From: Selaginella moellendorffii
Taxonomy: Eukaryota > Plantae > Lycopodiophyta
Assembly (NCBI RefSeq): GCF_000143415.4
Contig: NW_003314271.1
Coordinates: forward strand, 2,609,729 to 2,673,728
Direction of reading: 5' to 3'
Length of the DNA: 64,000 nucleotides
Below, in pieces: positions 51,244-63,065 of this stretch. Within the stretch, counting starts at the first letter, position 1. Each line of letters opens with the position of its first letter. The position numbers and the translations under genes are program-made. The notes below the pieces were generated by a model that saw nothing but the letters and a program-made list of their open reading frames with translations, was not told where the DNA came from and ran no database searches.

Positions 51244-51906
51244 TCAGAATTTGGAACGAACACGAGCGATCGTTTCCTTGTCGAGAAAAAACGTTTTTTG
51301 CAGCACCTCGTCTGGAACTTGGGGCCCAAACATGGACCTCGCGATGAACTGGATCCCCGGAAACTGGGAGTTGAGCGTGACAATGAGCTTGGCACGCGAT
51401 CCCCCGGTGCTCATCTGCCAGTGGAGGAGACCCCTGGGGACGATCATCACCTCTCCTCTGCGGATCACTTTAGCGAACAGCCTGCCGGTGGAGCTCACCA
51501 CCGCCGCGTAGACACTGCCCCTCTCTACGTAGACGAGCTCCGAGGCGCGGGGGTGGACGTGAGGGACAATGATCCCTCCCACATCGATGTCGAGCCTGGC
51601 CACGGAGAGGCCCAGAGTGTTGAGGCCCGGGAAGCGCTGGACTGTTCCAAAGATTGCGCCAGCGCGGTCGATGCTGCTAATGTTGGCCGACGGCACCAGG
51701 CCGGAGTAGACAAAGTCGTCCACGGTGACGAGCGCCGGGTTCTTGCAAGGAAAGCCGGTGATGTTGACGCCGGCGGTGAGGTCCGCGATGCAGAAGTCCT
51801 GGAGAGGATCCGGGTCGGATGATACCACTGACAGAAACACGACTGTCACGATCGCGAACGAAAGCAGTACTGGAGTTCCCAACGAATGCATCCTGAAAGA
51901 ATCCAT
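51244..51906 (-). CDS. Germin-like protein (cupin), secreted, intronless
   Basis: Signal peptide, DPDPLQDFCIAD, FPGLNTLG, PHVHPRASE and GLLHWQ metal-binding germin boxes. Confidence 0.92.
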   Translation of the reverse strand: MDSFRMHSLGTPVLLSFAIVTVVFLSVVSSDPDPLQDFCIADLTAGVNITGFPCKNPALVTVDDFVYSGLVPSANISSIDRAGAIFGTVQRFPGLNTLGLSVARLDIDVGGIIVPHVHPRASELVYVERGSVYAAVVSSTGRLFAKVIRRGEVMIVPRGLLHWQMSTGGSRAKLIVTLNSQFPGIQFIARSMFGPQVPDEVLQKTFFLDKETIARVRSKF

Positions 51907-52325
51907 CCTGGATGTAAGACCAGAGACGAGTGTTAGCGTGAGTGAAATGAATTGATGAGCTGCGCAAGAACTTTGAAAGCACCTGAAAATCGTGAGCGGA
52001 CACTCTCCAGGACATCATAAATACCACTGCAACCGTACCAAAGCTTTGGTTCAGTGCGTTCTCTGGCTGTCATTCCACCACAGTGGGGCGCAGCAAAGCT
52101 TATAGAGAATCTGCGAGCAACAGAAAAAGTGAACAGGATGATTTAGTTCAAGAGGCTACCTCACGACAATTGACAATTTGACACGGTCGACCGAGACAAA
52201 TTTATCCTGTAGGTCGATCGAATGTTTTAACAGGAAAACCATGAAGACAATAAACACAGTGGAGCATAACTTCCCAAAGTGGTCACACTATGGAAAGGAT
52301 GCTGGGTCAGGGAAAAAGACATATA

Positions 52326-52898
52326 TCACGCAGCTCTAGCTCCATGGGACTGGACAGGATCGAAACTTTGGGTTGCTCTAGATTCTATCACTTCCCTGAG
52401 TCGTCTAAGTTGCTCCTCCTGCCGTGTTCGTTGTTGCTCCTTGAGCGCCTCTCGCCTGCGATCTAAGAACTCCATCCTGTGGAAAGAAAGAAAAAACCAT
52501 CACTCTCACCGACAAAGGATCGCCCAACTCACTCTTTGGCTAGTCCCACGCGGAAGAATGCCTTCCTTGTCTCTGTCACCATATCCACGCCAGAATCACT
52601 GCGATCCTCGCTTCTGGAATACGTGTAAGGGTCATTTACTCTTCTACTGACACGAAAATGGAAATAGAAGATTCCATCAAGCCAAGACTCAAGAGAACAA
52701 CAAAACGCACAAACCTTACCGCGATTCTCCTGAGGACGACGCTGAATCGCCGCAAAGTGGAGTGGCATTCTTGTATTGCCTCACGCAGCGAGCCTGGAAA
52801 TATGGTCAACAGTGTTGAGATCCAAGAGAGGGGAAAGAAACCTGCTGAGAAATGTCGATCCCGGCGAGGCAAAGCGGCAGCCCCGACCCTAGCGTCAT
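52326..52898 (-). CDS. Small hypothetical protein (~135 aa) with C-terminal coiled coil; 4 exons
   Basis: Phase-consistent GT-AG splicing gives MTLGSGLPLCLAGIDISQQ|ARCVRQY...|RRVNDPYTYSR...AFFRVGLAKE|MEFLDRRREALKEQQ...*; divergent from GPN2. Confidence 0.55.
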
Positions 52899-53213
52899 CC
52901 CTGATCAAGATCGAATGCGATCGCCCCGCTGCAGCTGCGGAAGATCGGGAATGCACACCCGGAGAAGGCGATGGAGCTCCCACGGCCGCGATCGCGATGG
53001 CCGATCGGTGACGCTATGTCCTCGCCAAACCCTGATCTAAAGAGAAATTGGGAAGAACAACGGTGTTTTTTTTTCCTTCTCCCGCCGTTGTATTGTCTGA
53101 CAAATCCTGACCGTCCAATCCGTCGCCTAGTAATATTCCGTAATTAAATACTGCGCTTATCCTAGCCGTCCACATCAACAAAGAGCCCTAAATATTTTTC
53201 TAGGGTTTATGCG

Positions 53214-54744
53214 ATGGTGTTTGGGCAAATCGTCATAGGCCCGCCCGGATCCGGGAAGACGACTTACTGCAATGGTTTCCAGCAATTCCTCGGTCTCATT
53301 GGGAGGTAAGCGTCGCGCGATCGCGAATGCGGGGGTTTCTTATAGCGAAGTTTTGTGTCAGGAAAACCGCGGTGATCAATCTCGATCCGGCCAATGACTG
53401 GCTACCGTAAGTTTGCGCTAGAATGTGAGCAAAGAGTGATGGAATTGTTTTTTCAAAGGTATGAGTGTGCTGTAAATATTGCGGAGCTCGTGAGGCTGGA
53501 AGATGTAATGAATCAATACAACTTGGGGCCAAATGGAGGTGAGAGTTTGCTTTGGACTTGGTTTCTAGCTTATTTTCTGGAGTTTTTGCAGGTCTAATCT
53601 ACTGCATGGATTACTTGATGATGAATATAGACTGGCTCAAGAACAAGCTCAAGCCTTTAGAAAAAGGTACTGCTTTCGCTCAAATGCGGTTTCGCTCATG
53701 CTTGCCTTTTGGCTTAGATCACTACTTTCTCTTTGATTTTCCCGGTCAAGTCGAGCTCTTCACACTACACAGCAACGCCAAGAAAGTAATCGACGAGATG
53801 ACAACCAAGTGGGATTATCGGGTGAGCTCTCGTTTTACTTTTATTTCTAGATTTTCCATTGATACTCTGATTTTAGTTCTTATATCGCTGAAATTCGCAG
53901 CTTGTGTGCAGTTGGCCGCTGTCCACCTTGTTGACGCTCACTTGTGCAGCGATCCTGGGAAGTTTATTTCGGCGTCACTTTTATCACTAAACACAATGAT
54001 GCATCTGGAGCTTCCGCATGTAAACGTCCTCTCGAAGATCGATCTTATCGAACANNNNNNNNNNNNNNNNNNNNNNNNNNNNNNNNNNNNNNNNNNNNNN
54101 NNNNNNNNNNNNNNNNNNNNNNNNNNNNNNNNNNNNNNNNNNNNNNNNNNNNNNAACTTGGTGAGATCTTCGCTCGTTATCGCTATTTATCGATTTTGAG
54201 ACGCGTCTCATTCGTGCGAGACGTCTGCAGCGTACAATTTGGAGTTCTACACAGACCTTCAAGACTTGAGCTACTTGGTGGATCATTTGGATCAAAATCC
54301 CCGCATGGCTAAGTACAGGTAACGCTTCTATTGACCTTGCTTTCGAACTTTGAAGAACATACTCGCAGGAAACTAACCGAGGGTCTCTGTGAGCTTGTGG
54401 GCGATTACTCGCTGGTCAGCTTTACAACACTGAACATCCAGGTGAGTTTTTCAACCTCGTTTGCCGCTTGAATGTAGGAGCAAGAGATTTTTATTTACAG
54501 GACAAAGAGAGTGTGGCTGATCTCATGAAACGAGTCGACAAATGCAATGGCTACATCTTTTCAGGAATCGAAGGAAACATGAGAGAGTTCAGCAAAATTG
54601 CTGCTGGGCCTCTTAACTGGGACTACTACAGATATCCTTTTTTCCTATCAATCTGTTTCTATCGTTTCTTTGTTTCTAGTCCCTCCTTGATCACTGGCAA
54701 ATACAAATGCTGCTGTTCAAGAAAAGTACATGGACGACAGTTAA
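53214..54744 (+). CDS. QQT1: GPN-loop GTPase 2 (QUATRE-QUART1); many exons, last intron U12 AT-AC, spans an assembly gap
   Basis: [80 protein letters not shown]. Confidence 0.92.
54055..54154. other. Assembly gap (100 N)
   Basis: Run of N inside a GPN2 exon. Confidence 1.
54632..54704 (+). other. U12-type AT-AC intron
   Basis: 5' ATATCCTTT, branch-like TCCTTGAT at ~54684, 3' AC; removal restores [13 protein letters not shown]. Confidence 0.88.
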
Positions 54745-56255
54745 CCGTATGGTATATTGGCCTACTTGTGCTGCGTCTGGACTCATTCTGAAAAACAAAA
54801 ACGGGATGCTTACTCTGGCGGCTACACTTGCGAGTCATGGCTCGCTCGCACGGGTGGAGACTACCTACTGATGCAGCCAGCTTATCTAAATATGATTTGG
54901 GAAAGGCCAACCACCGCCCGCTCCAAAAATTCCACAGGCTTGAGTTTTCTTGATGGCAGTAGAGGGATGGTCTGTACTTGTTGGCACTCCACGTGGCGAT
55001 GATGTAGATGCTGCATGGAAGGTGCAAGGGTAGCTGAAATCTTAAATAGTGGAAGCAATAAGGGAATCTTGTGTTTGAGATGAAATGCAATGATAGACAA
55101 CCATGAACACTGGCTCTAAATCATAAAGAGAATTTTTTCTAAAGTGAGGAATTTTTGTGTAGGTTGCAATCTGGATCTTCCTGTTGCCAAATTTATGGTT
55201 CTGTGAGTCTTATGTTTGAACCCATTTAGTGAGAGAAAATTTAGCGAATATTCCACTTCCGGTCTAAGATGAGGTAAACTGCCGGAGTTTCTGCTCATGA
55301 ATGGGTGTTCGTTGCCCCTTAAACAACACACTAACAGGGAGATCTTCAAAGCTTGTAGTAGGCTTATGTACTTCAAGAACTATGGAGCTGTTTGCATTTG
55401 CATGATAACTTATCAGCAAATAACAGAAGTTGATAAGTAAGGGATATTGCAAAGATGTTTGTGCTGTTCTTCCCGGTAAATTTTGCAGTTGCCAGTGATT
55501 TCCAATTGGCCATTCAGGTGTTTTATCGTCAAGCCTCATCAAGAACATTGTTGTGAGACATCAAGCTCCAGTTCTTGTGCTCTAGATTTTCTACATGGGC
55601 ATCTACGAGTCCTGATCATTTTAACAAGTGTCACTATTTTTTACAAAGTGTGTTAAATATATGTGCCATCAAGAAAAAACATTTCCTTCACACCCAAAGT
55701 GGCATCTCATCTTGTCCAAAATTGATTACTCTAGAAGAAAGAGAATAAGAAATGAAGAAACACTGATTGTAAACCACTTCTATGTTTATGTCATGTTTTA
55801 TGGCATTGTACAAGCTTAGTGCTATTTATTTATTCTACCATCATTTCATAATCACAATAATTTGTTTCATGTTGCAAATAGCAACGTACTATTTATTAAT
55901 ATATTTAATAATCCTTAAATTTATAAAATTAATTAATAAAAATGTTTATAAAAGTTTGAAAATTATAAATATGCTTATAAATTATAAATACAAGATTAAT
56001 AAAATAAATAATAGATTATCTAAGAATATTCTAGATATATCCACTACCACCCCTACATTTTTGCTTAAGAAAACTAAAACCATTTAATATACACTACAAC
56101 CTAAGACCTCTTTTTTCTTTAAACTTATAGTCAAAACAATTTCAGCAATAAATAATTGTTTTTAGTGAAGATTACAATTTAACTTTTTGGTATATCCTTA
56201 AATCCCTTATGATTTATATATAAAAAAACTAGCAGTAGATAAAGGTAAACGAAAA

Positions 56256-57191
56256 ATGTGTCCATTTCTTTTGATGTTAATCATTTCTATTTTATTTAAT
56301 ACATGTATTTCAGTTGAGATTATTCGTGAAGATGAACAAGTAAATCCTATTCCCCATAATGTGAGAGGTTTAATACTTTCTTATATAATCAGAACTATAG
56401 AAATGGTTGGAGATAATACTCCTTATTACCCAGGGTTTGAACGCAAATTTGTTGATATTACTGCTGGAATTACTATAATTATAACATCTTTTAATCGTCA
56501 AGTTCCTTGGTATTACATACCAATGTGCAGTTTATTCCCCAGTTATGGTACTCCTAAGCCAGGTTTATCATTAAGATATATCCTTCAAAGAATATATAGA
56601 GACTTTATATTAAATGATAGTGAAATTTTAAAATGGGCTTTAACTGAATATATTGTTGGTAGATTCAGCATAATGTATGTATATGAGAAACCAAGTTCAG
56701 ATAATTTAAATGTATTTTATAGAAACTATAAAAGATATGAACCAGATTTTTATAAAAACTATAGTCTTTTAAATATTTATCCTAAACTTTATATAAATGA
56801 TGAAAATGAAAATGGTGATTGTAAATGGCGAAAAACTTGTATTAGAAGCTCAAAAGATACTTCTCATTTTTCTAATTTAAAAGGAGGGGATTTTCTTATA
56901 TCTCCAAATCTGAAATTTATGCTATATATGCAACTAGATTGTAACTTAATATTTTTTGAAGGAAAAACTATTTTATGGTCTACAAATACACAAAACAAAG
57001 GAAAAAATTGCTTTCTTAGAATTCAAATAGATGGAAATCTTGTTCTTTATGATGGTAATTTAAAAGCTTTATGGTCAAATAATTATTATAAAAGAAGTTT
57101 TCAACCTATGGCTGTATGTGTTGAAAATGAAGGTTTTATTGCATCTTGTAATATTGAAAAGTTTAATTGTATTTGGAAAATTCCAAATTAA
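56256..57191 (+). CDS. Secreted 311-aa protein: unknown N-terminal domain plus C-terminal bulb-type (GNA-like) mannose-binding lectin; intronless, very AT-rich
   Basis: Signal peptide; LYMQLDCNLIFF, LWSTNT, LRIQIDGNLVLYD..LWSNN; TATA-like element upstream and AATAAA just after the stop. Confidence 0.78.
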   Translation: MCPFLLMLIISILFNTCISVEIIREDEQVNPIPHNVRGLILSYIIRTIEMVGDNTPYYPGFERKFVDITAGITIIITSFNRQVPWYYIPMCSLFPSYGTPKPGLSLRYILQRIYRDFILNDSEILKWALTEYIVGRFSIMYVYEKPSSDNLNVFYRNYKRYEPDFYKNYSLLNIYPKLYINDENENGDCKWRKTCIRSSKDTSHFSNLKGGDFLISPNLKFMLYMQLDCNLIFFEGKTILWSTNTQNKGKNCFLRIQIDGNLVLYDGNLKALWSNNYYKRSFQPMAVCVENEGFIASCNIEKFNCIWKIPN

Positions 57192-57526
57192 ATAATAAAT
57201 AAATTTATTTCTCTGCAGAAATTATGGAGCTAAATTTCAAGTTTTTCTGTTTTTCAGTTTCTAATGAAATAATAAAATATTAAATAATAGTTTCTTTATT
57301 TTTCAGAGAAATATAAATATTATTTTGATATTAATAGACTACTAATGTTATAACCATATATGAGAGCTAGGAACAAATTGCATTGGTAAAACCTCCTTTA
57401 GAAATAGAAATCATCCTCTTTTTAAATTGTACAAAAGAGGTGCACTTTTTTTATTAAACCTCAATAGACTATCCATAAATACATACATATATATACATCT
57501 TTATAATAGGTATACATATACATACA

Positions 57527-57534
57527 TGTGTGTG

Positions 57535-57627
<93 letters not shown>
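57527..57627. repeat. Compound (TG)n(TA)n microsatellite
   Basis: Direct reading: about 8 TG units then about 40 TA units. Confidence 0.97.
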
Positions 57628-57631
<4 letters not shown>

Positions 57632-57668
57632 GTATATATGTATGTATGTATGTATATGTGATATGAAA

Positions 57669-57843
57669 TGTAATCTTTTTAATTCAAACTTTCTGGGAGG
57701 ACACCCCAGGGATGTTAACTCTCTATATCCCAAGACTTTGAACTAATTGGAAAAAATGGATGCACTCTTATTTATAAATCTTTCCCTGCTATTTTTAAAT
57801 TCAAATAAATTTTCTTTAAAGATGTTGTTTTTGGTTGATTACA
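57669..57843 (-). mobile_element. Decayed solo LTR of TRIM family B
   Basis: TGTAATC...GATTACA termini; internal similarity to 886-1079. Confidence 0.5.
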
Positions 57844-58956
57844 AGGTGGTGTCCATGAAACCATATTTGTTAAGCCAAAGTATAGTGTTATATCCAACCT
57901 TGCAATTATTTCTTAATTATGATAAATTCAAAGCAAACCAAGTATTTATATTATTTACTACTAAGTGAAACAATTAGTAGTGAATTAGAATTTGATGGCA
58001 ATCACAACAAAAGTCAATCAAAAAATCTAAATGAACTTACTATAGCCCGGTGACTCACTTGCAATTGTGAAATCCATAGATGTATCAACTTAATGGCTAC
58101 TTGGAATATTAACTCTTGATTGTGTCATCCACAATAACATTTTATTATAAAGGCCTTTATTGAATATATGGAAAAACTTCACATCTTTCTTCATCCTCGC
58201 AGTAAATTCATTACTAAAGTATGATAGTTTCATTGATGGGATATTTCTTGTAATCACTAATTTACTTTCATTTTTTTGCAAGTTCATCCTATTGTGACTC
58301 TTATGGCTTTTGTGTACAACGAAATCTTTGTGAATGTAAAACCCTGAAAATGCATTATCACTTCTTTTGTCCTTTCATTGACTTTTTATGGCCACTGCAT
58401 TCTCGATCTTTTTCCTTCTCTATCCTCTTTGCATACTGAAGAGTCATGTTCTTATTAGTAAACCATTTTCTTTTTTGGTCATCATTTAAAGCTAGTTCAT
58501 TCTAGGAAAACAAGTCATAAAATCAGATAAAAAAACATGAATAATATTTTTTATACCTCTAGAATACTTATTGCTCCATCAAAAAAAGTTTTTGGAAGAG
58601 GGAGTGATATTAAAGTTTTGAAAAAGGAATTTCTAATTCCCCTACCATGAAATCTTTGTTGTTGCAAAAATGCATTCAAAACAAAGTAAAAACACAATTG
58701 GAAAAAAATATCTAGCTTGTAAAATACATTGTAAAATTTTCATTCATTGTAAAATTTTAAGAGAAAATGAAAAATACCTAGATCATAGTTGTATTTGACA
58801 TAGATCCTATGCTAGCACTAGAAAAAGAGCCCTCTCCTCCATAGATTTATAAAAAACAAGAAAAAATTCTAGAATTATAAAATTTATATTTACAGGAATT
58901 TGAGCTATTAGTGAACTAGAATAGAAACTAAATTACAACCATGGATGAGGTAAGGG

Positions 58957-59440
58957 TGTAGTGTATGCGATCATGGAATAAGATTTGAATATATTGTCAT
59001 CGTGGATTTTTGAAACTTTGGGGATAAATGGGGATAAAATAACCACTAAAGGCTTTTTCATTAAGCAATTGCCTCTTTTCCAATTGACTTAAGGGAAGAA
59101 AGATAAAGTGCATTACATCTGGTATTAAAGAAAATGTCACATGTTTAATTCCTATTAATTGATAGCTATTTAAAATATAATATACCCTTGAGCAAAGTAT
59201 ATTCCTACCCCTAAATTTGAAATCATATGTATTAAGCATCCATGCATATGTCCTTCCTCTTGTGGGGCATTTTCATATATATTGGGCATCCATGTATATG
59301 TTTTTTCTATTATAAGGTATTCTTGGACGAAAGTATCCACTATAGGATTACAATATGGATGGATGACTAATTGTTTCATATAGTTTACATCATAGAAGGA
59401 TTGGTAAATTTAATATGGAAGTGGATATGTAAAATGTTTA
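58957..59440 (+). mobile_element. Old, decayed copy of TRIM family A (LTR, degenerate PBS, internal region)
   Basis: Collinear with 60855-61643; LTR 58957-59117 followed by TGGTATTAAAG. Confidence 0.85.
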
Positions 59441-60619
59441 GACGATATGGCAATTTAACCATATAGCATTATTTTATTTTTATATTTCACTAAGTTTTAG
59501 GCTTTGGGAGAAATTTATAAGGGGAACACCATCCTATCCCCCCCATTTTGGGTGTCATGTCACCAAAAGGGGCATGGAATCTAGGGTTTAGTTTCTCCCC
59601 TTTGGAAAATTTCCTCTCAAGGTGGAATATAGAACCCCACCTTAAGACCATTTAATGTCCATCTATATAAGATAAAATGATGCCACCTAAGCAAAAATGC
59701 AAAATAAAACTTTAATGTAAACAAAAAAGATATTAGGCCAATCCTAATTTTTTGAGTGATTAATGATCCAAAATAAAATGGCTTATTTTTTGGCAACCCC
59801 ATATACACCAATCAATTTTTGATATCTTTTGATATTCTAGGATATTCTACCATTTGTTATTCATTTAGATTAATTAAGTATTTATAATTTATAAACACTT
59901 TTAGTATATTTTAGTTTATTCTACCATCTAACAGTTGATATTGAATAAAATTAATCTTGTATTTATAAAATATAAACATGTTTATAATTATAAACTTTCA
60001 TTTGATCATTAATATTAAGCAAACCAAGCATTGTTGCATGTAACTATGCAACAAATTATTTAAAAGGGCCCTAAACACTATTCATTGACTATATTTAAGT
60101 TGCCTTAGATACCATTCAATCACCAAATAGTAAACTCACATTTAGTGTTAATTTGGCATTGGTCATTAAGAGATCTTTATAAATCTCAATTTTATTATCT
60201 CATGGCCAACTTTGGAAAGACTTAAGTGTTTAAGCTTGGATAGCTCATTTGATAAAATTGCATGTTTAGTTAAAGCTTTAGATTGAATATATTGAATAAC
60301 CTTAAAAAAGTTTTGCATCAACATTTCAATATTTTAACACTTGAGTCACATACATTTTTTTTGTGTTTGCAAAATTTTCTTTTCGCTCTTTAGTGGTCAA
60401 CCCACTTAAGACCCTTTTACTGAGTAAACTTTTAATTAAACTATGATAAATTTCCTGATTTTGAGATGCTAGAATTTAGATCTATACTTTAGGATTCTGT
60501 TCTCCATCATACTCCCTTATTTAAAAGTGCTATTGGCATATGGCATCTGGCATCTTTTATTCCATTTTGCACTGGCCCAATTTTTTTTATCAGGTTAGAC
60601 AAACTGTGGTTTCATTCCT

Positions 60620-62400
60620 TGCTAGCTTCCACTATACGGATTAGTGATACTTGCCTGGATGTTGAAAAATTTAAAATGTGCCTTCAATGTGACATAGGTG
60701 ATCATGTCATTCATCAGATTTCTTTTTTAAAAAGTCTGGATTTTTCTGCGGACAGGACCTTATGGGCAAGAAACTTGTTTCTGCAGGACATAATATCGAA
60801 GTTATAGTTTCATTGCTAGAAATGTCTTTGCGAGCAATTGTGGCATTGAAGTAGTGTAGCGCATGTGATCATCGGATTCCATTTCTCTCTATGAGAATAG
60901 GGGATCCTTGGAACCTTGGGGGATAAATGGGGATAAAATAGCCACTAAGGGCTCTCTCATCAAGCAATTGCCCCTTTTCCAGTTGGCTTAAGGGGAGAGA
61001 GATAAGGTGCGCTACAGTTGGTATCAGAGGAAATGGCATGGGTTCGATTCCCATTGATTAGTGGCTACTTAAAAATATAATATACCCTTGAGCAAGGTAT
61101 ATTCCTACCCCTAAATTTGAAATCGTATGTATTGGGCATCCATGTGTACGTCCTTCCTCTTGTGTGGAGTATCCACCGTGGGACTGCGGTACGGGTGGAT
61201 GACTAGTTGCCTCACATGGAATAGCTAGTCTACACAATGGAAGGATTGGTAGATTAAGTGCGGAAATGGAGGTGCTGGTTCCCCTTGGCTCAATAGGGGT
61301 TATTAGTCAATAGTCAATGAGGACATTGACATCTCTGAAGGGGGGGTGAGTGTAGCGCATATGATCATGGGATGAGATTTGGATATACTGTCACCGTGGA
61401 TCCTTGGAACCTTGGGGGATAAATAGGGATAAAATAGCCAATAGTTAATGAGGACATTGACATCTCTGAAGGGGGGGTGAGTGTAGCGCATATGATCATG
61501 GGATGAGATTTGGATATACTGTCACCGTGGATCCTTGGAACCTTGGGGGATAAATGGGGATAAAATAGCCACTAAGGGCTCTCTCATCAAGCAATTGCCC
61601 CTTTTCCAGTTGGCTTAAGGGGAGAGAGATAAGGTGCGCTACAAGTAGACATTCCCACTCCATGAACCGGACACTCTAAGCATATCCATGGCAGGAGATA
61701 TTGCTACAGAAGTCGGTGATGAGACCACTGAACCATTAGAGTCAGAAACAGATCAAACATCAACTGAAAGTGCAGTCAAAGATGTGTTTACAACCTTGAG
61801 CTTCAGGTAATCTCTATCCCTGCTTCATTGTAAGAGAGCGCCAGTGCTGCGAATTTCTTCTATAACTTTTCCACCTTATACACCAGGGATGTATGAAGGA
61901 CTGGGCATTCAATTACAAGCTTTTTACATTATACAGAAAGGAATCATACTTTTCAACCAGAAGCCTTGCAAGGGTATTGATTTCCTTGTAAAAGCCAAGA
62001 AGTGGAGAAAATTCCTGAAGAGGTTGCCAAGTTCCCTCTTGAGTACCACAGATCTCAACAGAGGCAGCATCCAAGTTGGCAAAAATTACAGTTATGGTAA
62101 CAAAGTTTTGAGTAATTTTGGACAAGGTATCAATGCTTTATCAATTACAGATCTTTATTACTGCTGCAACAGATAGAGATTGCGGCATTATCCATCTTGC
62201 ATTTGAACCGGTGGAGAAAGTTGCCAGAAATTACCTTCAACACATTACTGAAACTGAGAACAACACAATATTCACAGACTGTGAATGGCATTCTTGTGTT
62301 CATAAAAAAACAAGTTTAATGACAATATCAGCCTCAACACTTTGGCTTTTCTGCATTTTTGCGCCTTGGTGAAGGAGAGCTCAGTACTTTCAGATAGTAA
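60620..62400 (+). pseudogene. Fragmented BIG-type Sec7 ARF-GEF relic, interrupted by the TRIM
   Basis: QKGIILFNQKPCKGIDFLVKAKK (start of Sec7) and LAFEPVEKVARNYLQHITETE..FTDC (downstream BIG region); weak EKFKMCLQCDIG upstream of the TRIM; stops, frameshifts and large deletions. Confidence 0.65.
60855..61643 (+). mobile_element. Intact TRIM (terminal-repeat retrotransposon in miniature), family A
   Basis: 162-bp LTRs (60855-61016, 61482-61643) with TGTAGCGCA/TGCGCTACA termini; PBS TGGTATCAGAG at 61019; PPT GAAGGGGGGGTGAG; perfect AGTAG TSD; no coding capacity. Confidence 0.93.
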
Positions 62401-62839
62401 CAAACATCAAGTTGTTCCGCGCGAATTCATTGGAATCATCAAAAGACAGCAATCAGTGATTTTGAGAAGTAAGACAACTGTTATTACTCTCGTTACCACA
62501 GGCTGATGGTTCATTCAGATGAGATTGTTAGTAAATTTTCATAACAAATGACGAGTTTATATGCCCAAGCAGACGTATTTGCTTATGGCAAGGTCAGTAA
62601 GGAATCTCTCATGTTCTTTCATATCCCCGAGGAACCTCGAGCAGAAGGTGTTCTGGATTATTTGATTCCTCATAGAGTAAGTTCCTGAAGGTTCTTTCCT
62701 TGCAACTCTACAGTTACCTTGTTCTTGCAGACTTTCATAGGAAACTGTCCATCCCTAAGTGCTCTGTATTATAGATCCAGATTACAAATGATCAATCCAG
62801 ATTTTGATTTGATATCAAGTGATGTTATCAAATTATCAT

Positions 62840-63065
62840 CTATGTGCTGTTATCTTCAAAGATGTAGGCAATAACAGCATCAATGCAGGGAAATCCGCCA
62901 TAAGTGTGTAAGTTTTGGAAAGCACTGCCATAAGAGAAAGAGATTGAAAAACAATACAGAAAAAAGTCATGCATATGTACCATCATTCCCGCCCAGCAAG
63001 TGTCTGGGAAATCTGAGAGAAAAGCTTTCACACTCCCACTGGGACCAAGTATGGAAGTAAAAAAG
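62840..63065 (-). pseudogene. Possible ABCG transporter nucleotide-binding-domain fragment
   Basis: FTSILGPSGSVK resembles the ABCG Walker A region; later IAYIFED resembles the Q-loop; very degenerate. Confidence 0.3.

Noticed and set aside
8444-51906. Biosynthetic gene cluster (P450, hydrolase, acetyltransferase, cytochrome b5, cupin)
   Set aside because: Genes are dispersed among unrelated housekeeping genes, there is no scaffold synthase, and each belongs to a conserved family with other roles.
57427-57746. ORFs with YIYIYI repeats
   Set aside because: Artefacts of the (TA)n microsatellite.
61309-61570. CRISPR-like repeat array
   Set aside because: Two-copy tandem duplication inside a TRIM; no unique spacers; eukaryotic context.
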